Positions 22,275 through 31,098 of a DNA stretch of 64,000 bases are shown here, piece by piece. Source of the DNA: Scytonema sp. PMC 1070.18 (GTDB lineage: Bacteria; Cyanobacteriota; Cyanobacteriia; Cyanobacteriales; Nostocaceae). Each line of letters starts with the position of its first letter. Position 1 is the stretch's first letter. The stretch is from contig JAWQFQ010000022.1 of NCBI GenBank assembly GCA_035967975.1, positions 1,699 through 65,698 of the forward strand, read 5' to 3'. A program made the translations under genes and the position numbers. The notes under the pieces were generated by a model, which made no database searches, was not told where the DNA came from, and saw only the letters and a program-made list of their open reading frames with translations.

Positions 22275-23951
22275 TCAAGCAGAAGCTAAATCCTCATATT
22301 TATGACTTATTGATTCTTGTTCAGAATCAAGTAGGATATTTTTATATTCTTCTCTCAGTTTTCTTTTCAAAACTTTACCTGTAGGACCTACTGGGAAGTC
22401 TTTTACTATTAATAAAGCTGTCAATTTTCCCGAATTTAATTCTATTAAATGTTTATTAATAGAATCTAATAAGATTGAAGCTTTAACATTTTGGTCAGAT
22501 TTGAATTTTATGAAAGCAATTAAACTAGACTTTCTGTTTTCATTAGGAACACCTATGACTACACAATCAGCCACCTCAGTGTGTTGCTTTAAAATTAATT
22601 CTTCAATAAGTAGGCTGTATACTGCACCACTGCTACACTCAATAGCATCAGTAGAACGATCAAGATGATAAAATTTTCCATCTCGGTCAGTATAGACTAA
22701 GTCGCCAGTGGTCCAGTATCCTTGTTTGTAGCTTTTTAAAGTTCTGTTTGAATCATTCCAATATCCTGGTGTAATAGTTGGAGATTTAATACCCAGTAGA
22801 CCAACTTCATGTGGTCCTAGTATATTCCCTTGGTCATCTAAAACTACGGGCTTTACAAAGCTACGTGGTTTCCCCATATATCGACCATAAAGAGTTGTCT
22901 TTCGGCTAGAGACCTTATTAAACAGAGCCATACCTAGCTCTGATGCACCAAGACCATCAATGAAGATTGACTTGGGATTTCCTGCTGTTACAAGAGCTTT
23001 AATATGAGCTTCATGGGCTGCATCTCCAGTATTAAACCACATTTTCACAGAGCGAAGTTCTCCTTCTTCTAAAGGCTGCGAAGCCATCTCAGCATAAGTT
23101 TGTGGAAATGCTGCTACTAAAGAGGGTTGAAATTTTTGAACGTAATTAATGGCATTATGACCCGATACATTAGATAAAACCATAGTTGGCAAACCAAGTA
23201 ATGTCGCAGTCATAAAGTAGCTGATACCAGCAGAATGTGAACTTGGTAAGGCAAACAAAAACTTATCCGCTCGACTAGCAGGAAACTTTAGTAGACGAAT
23301 TCGTTTCCCAATAAAAAATTGCTTATGTTGAAATATGACTGCTTTCGGATTTCCAGTAGTGCCAGATGAATGGCTGAGCATAATCGGGTGTGAATCTGTT
23401 GGAGAATACGGATACCACTCTGGTAGTTGTATACTTCCTTGTTTATGTTGAGTTAATGAATTTTGTGCATCTGTAGTAATAAACTTTAATAAGATGTTAT
23501 TTTTGACGTGTTCACTAATATTATCTAAGTGTTTCTCATCTGTATACAAAGCAACAGCACCAACACGATGGATAAAGTCGGCAGCGATCTCATAGTCCAT
23601 CAAACCATTTACCAAAACGGGAATAGCACCGATGTTGTTGAGTGCCAAGTAATGGATCAAGTAGCCGATTCCATCTTCTAAGTAGACGGCAACAGGATCA
23701 TTCTCGCAAATGCCAGATTGATAGTACCAAGAGGAATACTGATCAACTACATCTTTTAATAAAGATAAACTAAAGCTGTTAATAGTATCTCCTGTGAATG
23801 TCTTAAAAGGTTGTTCTAAAAAGAAAATATCATTGTCTCGATAAGGGTTATTTGTGACAGCAAAATGGAGAAAGTTTCCACATCCTAATTCCTTATTGAA
23901 GAACAGTTGAATTCTTTTGTGCAGTGGTAAGATGGTGCTGTTAGTAGTCAT
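22275..23951 (-). CDS. Class I adenylate-forming (ANL) ligase
   Basis: HSSGTTGNPK P-loop, DGLGASE, WTTGD, A10 PVGPTGKVLKR; no fused carrier domain. Confidence 0.9.
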   Translation of the reverse strand: MTTNSTILPLHKRIQLFFNKELGCGNFLHFAVTNNPYRDNDIFFLEQPFKTFTGDTINSFSLSLLKDVVDQYSSWYYQSGICENDPVAVYLEDGIGYLIHYLALNNIGAIPVLVNGLMDYEIAADFIHRVGAVALYTDEKHLDNISEHVKNNILLKFITTDAQNSLTQHKQGSIQLPEWYPYSPTDSHPIMLSHSSGTTGNPKAVIFQHKQFFIGKRIRLLKFPASRADKFLFALPSSHSAGISYFMTATLLGLPTMVLSNVSGHNAINYVQKFQPSLVAAFPQTYAEMASQPLEEGELRSVKMWFNTGDAAHEAHIKALVTAGNPKSIFIDGLGASELGMALFNKVSSRKTTLYGRYMGKPRSFVKPVVLDDQGNILGPHEVGLLGIKSPTITPGYWNDSNRTLKSYKQGYWTTGDLVYTDRDGKFYHLDRSTDAIECSSGAVYSLLIEELILKQHTEVADCVVIGVPNENRKSSLIAFIKFKSDQNVKASILLDSINKHLIELNSGKLTALLIVKDFPVGPTGKVLKRKLREEYKNILLDSEQESISHKYEDLASA

Positions 23952-24178
23952 ATTTTTCCTGCTAAATACTTTTGTTTTTTACGATCGCACTTCAAAACGC
24001 TAGATGCTTAGAAAAGTTTTTTTCAATCTTTACGAACTTGGTGTTTTAGTTAAGTAGGCATGATTAAAACGAATTATTTGAATTTTTAGAAAATGCTAAA
24101 ATCACTTTATTAAATAGGCTTTTAATAGATTCGCATTTTTTTGTTTTTTTTGCAACCACCTACTTAATGAAATATTAT

Positions 24179-24475
24179 TTAAGAGTATTTAAGAATTAGT
24201 ATTTCTCCATAATCTGGAACCCAAGCTAGCCACCTATTCTCATTTTCTCGACACAGCAAAACAGCTTCATTAAAATGCAAAAAATCGGGAATATTGTATA
24301 ACTTTAACCAATTACCAGACTCCCATTCCCCGTCAATCAAGCATGAGAAAGGAACTCTTGACTCGTGATTGATTGATATAACTATGTGCTCCTTATCATT
24401 ATCTTTGTCTGATTTCATACAAGGTTTTAAATACTGATTTGAGGAGACTACTTTTACCTTTAATGCCAAGGTCAA
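24179..24475 (-). CDS. Small hypothetical protein
   Basis: C-terminal GNWLKL...NEAVLLC...WLAWVPDYGE resembles a conserved cyanobacterial hypothetical domain (from memory); lies just downstream of a candidate MocR operator. Confidence 0.55.
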   Translation of the reverse strand: MTLALKVKVVSSNQYLKPCMKSDKDNDKEHIVISINHESRVPFSCLIDGEWESGNWLKLYNIPDFLHFNEAVLLCRENENRWLAWVPDYGEILILKYS

Positions 24476-24612
24476 TGTTTAAATCTTGTTGTTTCACAAA
24501 GCGAGCTAACGATTTGGACTGATGAGTGTTTAGACAATCCATAATTAAATACCTTAATTGGTATACTTCTTGAGAAGACACTATTAAATGTAAGCTCTCG
24601 CAATTGTTGATT

Positions 24613-24649
24613 ACAAGTACCACTTCTGTAATAAAAAACCAGTCCAGTT
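24613..24649 (-). promoter_or_regulatory. Candidate MocR/PdxR-type operator (direct repeat), site 2
   Basis: ACAAGTACCACTT...ACCAGTCCAGTT with half-sites 24 bp apart; same sequence and spacing as the site at 31062-31098. Confidence 0.6.
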
Positions 24650-24822
24650 ACAGCAGATTGCTTTCACAAAATCGTGTTGCTCCCGCTCAAAACCCTGTCG
24701 CCAGCGATCGCCTAATGTACTGAATCGATACACCTTTGAGTATAAGTACTTTGACTCACATAGATTCTTTCCCACGTTCCCCGGCGAAGAAGAACGCAGG
24801 GTTTCTGGTGGTAAAGTTCAAC

Positions 24823-25458
24823 CTATTGTGTCTTCCAATCTTCCACAACTTTCTTGATCTGAGCAAGAGCATTTGCCAAAGACTGCTCACGTAACTCTTC
24901 ACCAAGATTTAATTTATCTGCATGAATAAAAGTGATATCTGTAATGCCAAGCATCCCAAAAATAGCCCTTAAGTATGGTTCTTGGTAATCGTAATTAGCA
25001 ACAGATATCTCCGAAGAAAAATTTCCGCCACGAGCCGTAAAAATCAGCATTTTCTTTCCTTGAGGAACTAAGCCTTGATATTTACCTGATTCATCAAAGG
25101 TAAAGGTGCGGTTAAATCGGACTATTTGATCAATATAGGCTTTGAAAGTAGATGGAACATTGAAGTTGTACATGGGGATACCGAAGACATAGCGCTCTGC
25201 TGCTAAAAACTCATCTACTAAAATATTAGATAGTTGAATAATCTCTCTCAACTCAGGAGTAAGTTGTTCTGGGGGACAAAAAGCAGCTGCAATCCACATT
25301 TCATTAACATGGGCGACAGGATAATGACCTAAATCTCGATAAACGACTGTGTCTTGAGAATTAAGAGACTTCCAAACCTGAATAAATTCGTTAGATAATT
25401 GCCGAGAAATAGAGCGTTCCCCACGAGGACTAGTATCAATATGAAGGATATGAGTCAT
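24823..25458 (-). CDS. azoR: FMN-dependent NADH-azoreductase / quinone reductase
   Basis: ILHIDTSPRGERSISR, PMYNFNVPSTFKAYIDQIVR, TARGG. Confidence 0.9.
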   Translation of the reverse strand: MTHILHIDTSPRGERSISRQLSNEFIQVWKSLNSQDTVVYRDLGHYPVAHVNEMWIAAAFCPPEQLTPELREIIQLSNILVDEFLAAERYVFGIPMYNFNVPSTFKAYIDQIVRFNRTFTFDESGKYQGLVPQGKKMLIFTARGGNFSSEISVANYDYQEPYLRAIFGMLGITDITFIHADKLNLGEELREQSLANALAQIKKVVEDWKTQ

Positions 25459-25465
25459 AGTAAAT

Positions 25466-25915
25466 CTAAGCTTGATATGTGCCCGGAACCTTTTTGGTGG
25501 TTATAACAATACGATTCCAAGCATTTATTGTAACAATAGTCATCAAGATTTTTGCTATTTCATTGGGCTCAAAATAATTGCTTACTTCTTCATACAGTTC
25601 ATCAGGAACATGATTCTCTGAAATCAGAGTAATTGCTTCGGTAAGATTTAATACAGCACTTTCTTCAGTAGTAAAAAATGGAGTTTCCCTCCAGGCATTG
25701 AGTGCATATATACGTTGTTCGGTTTCTCCATTTTTTCTAGCCTCTTTCGTATGCATATCTATACAAAATGCACAACCATTAATTTGAGATGCGCGAATTT
25801 TAATTAAAGAAATAATTTTTTTATCCAAACCACTTTTGTTGACATAATTTTCTAGTTCCCACATAGCTTTATAAGCTGCTGGTTCAGTTTTTGATAATTC
25901 CATTCTTTGCTGCAT
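25466..25915 (-). CDS. Carboxymuconolactone decarboxylase / AhpD-like protein
   Basis: RASQINGCAFCIDMH (CxxC), WRETPFFT, INAWNRI; GGAGGAG RBS before ATG 25915. Confidence 0.9.
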   Translation of the reverse strand: MQQRMELSKTEPAAYKAMWELENYVNKSGLDKKIISLIKIRASQINGCAFCIDMHTKEARKNGETEQRIYALNAWRETPFFTTEESAVLNLTEAITLISENHVPDELYEEVSNYFEPNEIAKILMTIVTINAWNRIVITTKKVPGTYQA

Positions 25916-25947
25916 AAAATCTCCTCCGTATCTTAATGACATCAACG

Positions 25948-28233
25948 CTACGAACTTGTGCAAGTAAACGGTAGTGGTTCATCCAACAGGAAACGCTTTA
26001 ACACATTATGAGTGATGCGTGAGACATTGTTATCATAATTATTGTAGGAAAGACTCCCGCTCCAAGCAATCGAGCTGACCGAAAATACAGCCCCACCTTT
26101 TGGGAGCGCATAGTATACCATATCAGCACGAATCTTTGGATTTTGAGAACCTCCTAAACCTGGGATATTACAATAAAGTTCTTCAAGAGCCTCCAAATAT
26201 GTATCAGTATGACCTTCTGAGGAAGCAAGTAGAAGAGCATGAGAAGGTGTACCCAGAGCAATATCGTAAATGTCAAGTTCAAGTCCCGCTGCACCACCGC
26301 CGACTAATCCAAAATTGCCAATTAACTCATCTTCACTAACTCCCTCAAAAATCCATGCTGCTTGTGGCTTAAAACTATCAGGCTTTCGGCGGTAGTATGA
26401 GGAAACATCAAAGCCTTGGGTAATAAATCCAGTGCCGACAATTTTCTGAGGTGTTCTACCTCGGTTGCGCCATAAACCGCCTAGCTCTCCTGTAAAGCTC
26501 AAATAATATTCACCTGGTTGAGCTTTCCACGCTTGAGTACCGCCCCATTTACGAACCTCTATAACATTTGAATTCTCAGGATGATACGCAGTAACCCAGT
26601 AAAAGCCATTTCCCCCCATATACATGAGCCGACCCCCATTCTGCTGATAAGCTTCAATTGCATTCAGCATTTGCGCTGAGCAGTACTCAGGATGAGACCC
26701 TGTTATGACTACTTTATAGGGTTCTATAAGAGATGCACCTTCTAGATGTAAATCTTGATCGGTAATTATATCAAACTCATAATCCATTTCGGTTAGCCAA
26801 TCGATTAGATAGAGATCGGCGTTGAACTGCCATAATGACGATGATACCGATTGTCTATATTTCGGTCTCATGTTCAGGATCGGTCGGAGGCGTGACGAAT
26901 AGCAGACACCACTGCCATCACTATGAGTATCATAAGTAGATAGACCGTATTCTCTATGTTCAGCAAGATAGAGATCCTGCTTTTGCATAATTGGTGTGCG
27001 ACCAATTAGACATTCAAGCATAGCTGCATTGGTTACGGTGCGATCATTGGCATATGCCATGTAACTCGCGGTGGGTGCTAGGAAAGCAATCCGAGCAGTT
27101 GGGCTCCCCTTTTTTGGTCGAACGAAAAATGGAATGTAGTCCTCATCATCATTTGTTCTCAAACGCGCTGCATAGAGACCACTTCTCATACTATCAGGAA
27201 TAGTCAACTCGAAATTGGCTTCCCACCCTGCATCATCCAAGTCATCATCGTGGAAATGAATAGCACCATACTGCTCAGGTGCATGGATGAAGTTGTGTTC
27301 ATCGGATGTCCAATTGTATCCAGTCATTGCTCGAACTGGTAGATTAATGATTTGACCATCCAGGTGGTTTGGGGATTCGTCAATGATTTTGTTTGCTGAA
27401 GTTCCCTGGTTGGTAATATCAACGGCAAAATTCCAAGCAGCAAGCAAATCATTACTTGAGATATTCTCCACAAGGGACTTCATCTCGTCAAGACTCAAAA
27501 ACCGTTTTGATAGGCGAGGTCTATCTATTTTTCCGTTATAGTGTCCACCAACAATTATCCTACCTGATTCAACCTTTTCCAAATAACCAGCTATAATAAA
27601 GGGGGCGTTGTTGTTAGCGAAGGGTCGAATTTTGGTTGAACAGTTAACTGCCGCCGTTGTACTTCCCGCCAGATGTCTAATAGAACATTGATTGTTAACT
27701 GCACTGATAATCGGTTCCTGATAAATGCAAACTTTACTATTTGCTCCATCAAATGTCGCGCCAACAAAGTACCAGCACCCAGCAAGCATAGGTTTGCCAC
27801 TGCTGATTTTTTCGATTCGACCCTCACTATCGCCAATCCAAAAAGATAAGCATCCATCTTCATCTATAAACAGACCATAACCTGCATTTATCGAATTAGA
27901 CCATTTTGTCAGCAAGCCTTGTAAACCTTTGTTTGGGGTAGTCGGATAGACCATAGCCTGCAACGATAGACTCTCAACTTCTTGTAGCGCAGGGCTATCT
28001 GCCACAATCACACAAGATCCTGAATAAATATCTTGTTTTTTAGCAGGGTATTGTCCACTAACAGAAGTGCTAATTAACTTTTCTTTGAAGCCTGGTCCTT
28101 CGGGATTTGTATCACCGTGGTATAAACGAACAATATCTGCTATGTATTTGCTAGAGCTGTCGCAACTGACCATAAACCGGATGCTTTCATTTGTTGTGAC
28201 ACTCAGCTTATCACTGTAGCCAACAATCGCCAT
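25948..28233 (-). CDS. N,N-dimethylformamidase large (beta) subunit-like Fe-amidohydrolase
   Basis: GYSDKLSV N-terminus, LamG-like domain, AIHFHDDDL, SYMAYAN, GLSTYDTHSDG, GSHPEY, GGNGFYW, AAGLELD; Tyr/Tyr/Glu iron ligands appear retained. Confidence 0.88.
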   Translation of the reverse strand: MAIVGYSDKLSVTTNESIRFMVSCDSSSKYIADIVRLYHGDTNPEGPGFKEKLISTSVSGQYPAKKQDIYSGSCVIVADSPALQEVESLSLQAMVYPTTPNKGLQGLLTKWSNSINAGYGLFIDEDGCLSFWIGDSEGRIEKISSGKPMLAGCWYFVGATFDGANSKVCIYQEPIISAVNNQCSIRHLAGSTTAAVNCSTKIRPFANNNAPFIIAGYLEKVESGRIIVGGHYNGKIDRPRLSKRFLSLDEMKSLVENISSNDLLAAWNFAVDITNQGTSANKIIDESPNHLDGQIINLPVRAMTGYNWTSDEHNFIHAPEQYGAIHFHDDDLDDAGWEANFELTIPDSMRSGLYAARLRTNDDEDYIPFFVRPKKGSPTARIAFLAPTASYMAYANDRTVTNAAMLECLIGRTPIMQKQDLYLAEHREYGLSTYDTHSDGSGVCYSSRLRPILNMRPKYRQSVSSSLWQFNADLYLIDWLTEMDYEFDIITDQDLHLEGASLIEPYKVVITGSHPEYCSAQMLNAIEAYQQNGGRLMYMGGNGFYWVTAYHPENSNVIEVRKWGGTQAWKAQPGEYYLSFTGELGGLWRNRGRTPQKIVGTGFITQGFDVSSYYRRKPDSFKPQAAWIFEGVSEDELIGNFGLVGGGAAGLELDIYDIALGTPSHALLLASSEGHTDTYLEALEELYCNIPGLGGSQNPKIRADMVYYALPKGGAVFSVSSIAWSGSLSYNNYDNNVSRITHNVLKRFLLDEPLPFTCTSS

Positions 28234-28366
28234 CTTTTCTTCCTTTTAACTCTATTTTCAAAAGTTTTTTTGACGAAAATATTTCAAGTTTTACTTTGAT
28301 CTCACATCAATTGGTTGAGGAAGAATTCAGGGGTTAGAATCAATACCCGTGAATTCATTTCACTTC

Positions 28367-28460
28367 CAATACTGCAAGGGATAGCGAGAATTAGAAACCG
28401 GGTAACTCCTGCGAAACCGGGTTTCACCGGACTTCGACTATTGTATCCCTGGCAGTATTG
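28367..28460. mobile_element. MITE family B (94 bp) with 17-bp TIRs and a perfect 10-bp target-site duplication
   Basis: TIRs CAATACTGCAAGGGATA / TATCCCTGGCAGTATTG; ATTTCACTTC at 28357-28366 and at 28461-28470. Confidence 0.88.
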
Positions 28461-28483
28461 ATTTCACTTCTAAAGTCTTCTTA

Positions 28484-28801
28484 TTACATAAATCCTAGTT
28501 CTTTAATCCTCTTAATAAAAATGGCGTGTTCAGCCTCTGCTTCTGAGCCAAAACATTCTTCTTCATAAATTTGAGGAGGAACTCCCCGAACACCGGACAG
28601 TTTACCAATACACCATTTTTGATACGGTTGAATACAAACAATGACATACTTATTTCGGAGTTGAAGCTGAGGTTTCCTAAGATAAACTAGGATTCGTTGG
28701 AGATCATCGCTATGCTTGCCAATTGGGTTGCTTGCATGTTCAGAAACAATGCTTTGATTAACTAGACGTTTGACATTTTCTTCAAAAATATCCTGATTCA
28801 T
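28484..28801 (-). CDS. N,N-dimethylformamidase small (alpha) subunit-like protein
   Basis: EH..NPIGKHSDDLQRIL.YLR, RGVPP, F.SEAEAEHAIF..R; directly upstream of the large subunit. Confidence 0.8.
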   Translation of the reverse strand: MNQDIFEENVKRLVNQSIVSEHASNPIGKHSDDLQRILVYLRKPQLQLRNKYVIVCIQPYQKWCIGKLSGVRGVPPQIYEEECFGSEAEAEHAIFIKRIKELGFM

Positions 28802-28909
28802 CTGTCTGTATAAAGGTTTTCGGTTGTCAATTGTTTGAATATTAACAAGTCGTTCCAGATAGTGATATGATGGGGGGCATGTACAATCCTCTCAATTACA
28901 ATCCGATCA

Positions 28910-29713
28910 TCATGACAATACATCAAGACCTACACCTTGGAACTCTAATTTACTGGAAAAATTCACCATCTGCACTATTTTTTGAGAAATATAATATGGA
29001 TCAGTATGTTGAAATATGTTTCTGCCAAAAGCCACTCCCCTACCACCAGCCTTTATTGAGTCACTGACCATTGACAAAATAGAGCTGTCGGAATCTAGCT
29101 TTGGTCCTCCAGCTATTACTACAGGAATATCAACAGCACTCACAACTTTTCTGAAGGATTTGATATCACCAGTGTAGTTAACTTTGACTATATCTGCACC
29201 CAGTTCCCATGCTAATCTAGTTGCATGAGCAACAACATCTGGATCGTACTCATTTTTAATTTTATTTCCTCGTGGATAAACCATTGCCAGTAATGGCATA
29301 CTCCATTTATCACATTCTTCAGATATTATGCTGAAATCTTTGAGCATACGATGCTCATTTTCTGAACCTAGATTAATATGAATAGAGACACCATCTGCAC
29401 CAATTTTTATTGCATGTTCTACACTACTAACTAGATTTTTATACGAGGGGTCAGGAGATAGACTTGTTGAGCCAGAAAGATGTAAAATCAAAGAAATATC
29501 TTTCTGAATTAAAAGTGGCTGTATTGAATATGCTAAACCTTTATGGGCAACAACTGCATTAATTGTTTTGAAAGGTAATTTTCGGATAAATGCTTTGACA
29601 TCTGCTAGCTGAGCGATTGGACCATGTGTAAAACCGTGGTCTATTGGAATTATAAAGAAATTTTCTGAGCCTTTGAGAATTTTTGCTAACCGGCAAATTT
29701 TACCACACAGCAT
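28910..29713 (-). CDS. Class I aldolase, GriI / 2-amino-3,7-dideoxy-D-threo-hept-6-ulosonate synthase family
   Basis: PIDHG, LHLSGST, PLLAMVYPRG, GADIVK (Schiff-base Lys), VVIAGGPK, GRNIFQ. Confidence 0.9.
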   Translation of the reverse strand: MLCGKICRLAKILKGSENFFIIPIDHGFTHGPIAQLADVKAFIRKLPFKTINAVVAHKGLAYSIQPLLIQKDISLILHLSGSTSLSPDPSYKNLVSSVEHAIKIGADGVSIHINLGSENEHRMLKDFSIISEECDKWSMPLLAMVYPRGNKIKNEYDPDVVAHATRLAWELGADIVKVNYTGDIKSFRKVVSAVDIPVVIAGGPKLDSDSSILSMVSDSIKAGGRGVAFGRNIFQHTDPYYISQKIVQMVNFSSKLEFQGVGLDVLS

Positions 29714-29930
29714 AGTAACCTCCCTTGTGCTAATCTTTGAACTTAGTATATTCCTTTATTGAGAGAATGTTTGAAAAATTTTATTGGCTAAAATTTTCTG
29801 CCGATCGCCTCACTATAATTATCTATTTGTAGCTTATACTGAGAGAGCTTTTTCACCAGCTAACCGACTTTTCAAACACAGAAATGATAGTGACCTAGAA
29901 ATTTTAGCTCACAAAAAATACAAGAATCAT

Positions 29931-30998
29931 CTATTTTACTGCCTCAATTAAACTAACATCCGATTGGGTTGGAATAATTTTATTGAATGTAAAACCTGTA
30001 GATTTTAACAGATGTTGATACTCAGCTTCTGTGCGCTCCCGCCCGCCAGGACATACGACTAGCATATGTAGATCCCATAATTTAGCAATACAAGGTTCAT
30101 TTGCAGAAGAAATGACTTGTTCAATCAGCAATAACTTACTCTGTTTTGTCATAGCCTCATAACAACGCGTCAAAATTTTGCTTGCCCTCTCCCAATCCCA
30201 GTTATGAACGATATGCTTGAGTATATAGATATCGCCTCCTGTTGGGACAGATTCAAAGAAATCTCCTGCTACTAGTTGACACCGATTGCTCACACCTGCT
30301 CTTTCCAGAAAATTCTCAGCTTTGTCAATCACATTTGGCAAATCGAACACGACTCCTGTCATGGTAGGGTTAGCTTGTAAAATGGCAGCAAGTAAGATAC
30401 CGTTGCTCCCTCCAACATCTACTAATTTGCCAACTGAAGAAAAGTCATAAGCTGCTAATACAGCAGCACAATTGGCTGCTGAAAACTCTGTCATTGCTTG
30501 ATCAAAAATTTGACCTACAGTGGGATTTTTCTGATAGTACTCAAAAAGGTTCATCCCGTAAAACTCTTCAAAGGCATTTTTTCCGGTCTGAATACTATAC
30601 ATCACATTTAACCAAGCTTGATAAAACTCTTCGCCTAGAAGGATCGCATAGTTTCTTGTTGAGTTTAGGCAATCACTTTGGAGACAAGCTCCTAATGGGG
30701 TTAACCGAAAATAATAAGGTTGAGTCTCAGCGAAAATTCCAAGACTAGCTAAAGCTCGCAACAGCCGATAAAGTGAATCGTTATTGGTGGCGGTAACACT
30801 AGCTATATATTCACAATGCTTCTCACCTTCTTTTAGCAAGTCTGCAATGCCAAGTTTAGCGGCAACATAGATGCACTGTGAAATCCAATAGCTTGATGCC
30901 ATTGTTTTTATGGCTATGTGAGGGGGCATTTGGCTATATATAGATTTAAGACTTGATAGACTCATATAGTTGACGCTTGTAGTTTCATACAGCTTCAA
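29931..30998 (-). CDS. SAM-dependent O-methyltransferase (COMT-like, with dimerisation domain)
   Basis: VAAKLGIADLL, LVDVGG, GDFFESVP, YILKHIVHNW, GGRERT; true start may be a downstream ATG. Confidence 0.92.
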   Translation of the reverse strand: MKLYETTSVNYMSLSSLKSIYSQMPPHIAIKTMASSYWISQCIYVAAKLGIADLLKEGEKHCEYIASVTATNNDSLYRLLRALASLGIFAETQPYYFRLTPLGACLQSDCLNSTRNYAILLGEEFYQAWLNVMYSIQTGKNAFEEFYGMNLFEYYQKNPTVGQIFDQAMTEFSAANCAAVLAAYDFSSVGKLVDVGGSNGILLAAILQANPTMTGVVFDLPNVIDKAENFLERAGVSNRCQLVAGDFFESVPTGGDIYILKHIVHNWDWERASKILTRCYEAMTKQSKLLLIEQVISSANEPCIAKLWDLHMLVVCPGGRERTEAEYQHLLKSTGFTFNKIIPTQSDVSLIEAVK

Positions 30999-31061
30999 AA
31001 TAATTTGGTATAACTTCTAAATTTTTACTGATTAAAAATATAGTGACTTATTTAGGAAGGA

Positions 31062-31098
31062 ACAAGTACCACTTTGTGACTCAAATAACAGTCCACTT
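31062..31098 (-). promoter_or_regulatory. Candidate MocR/PdxR-type operator (direct repeat), site 1
   Basis: ACAAGTACCACTT...ACAGTCCACTT (AAGTGG cores 24 bp apart on the minus strand), ~65 bp upstream of the first cluster gene and divergent from mocR. Confidence 0.6.

Noticed and set aside
19656-29713. Archaeal-type alternative shikimate pathway (AroA'/AroB') for primary metabolism
   Set aside because: The DHQS-II protein has ETHPLPYMP and QDDWHVR motifs that I associate with GriH-type enzymes, and it sits among tailoring genes; cyanobacteria normally have canonical DAHP synthase/AroB. Disfavoured, not excluded.
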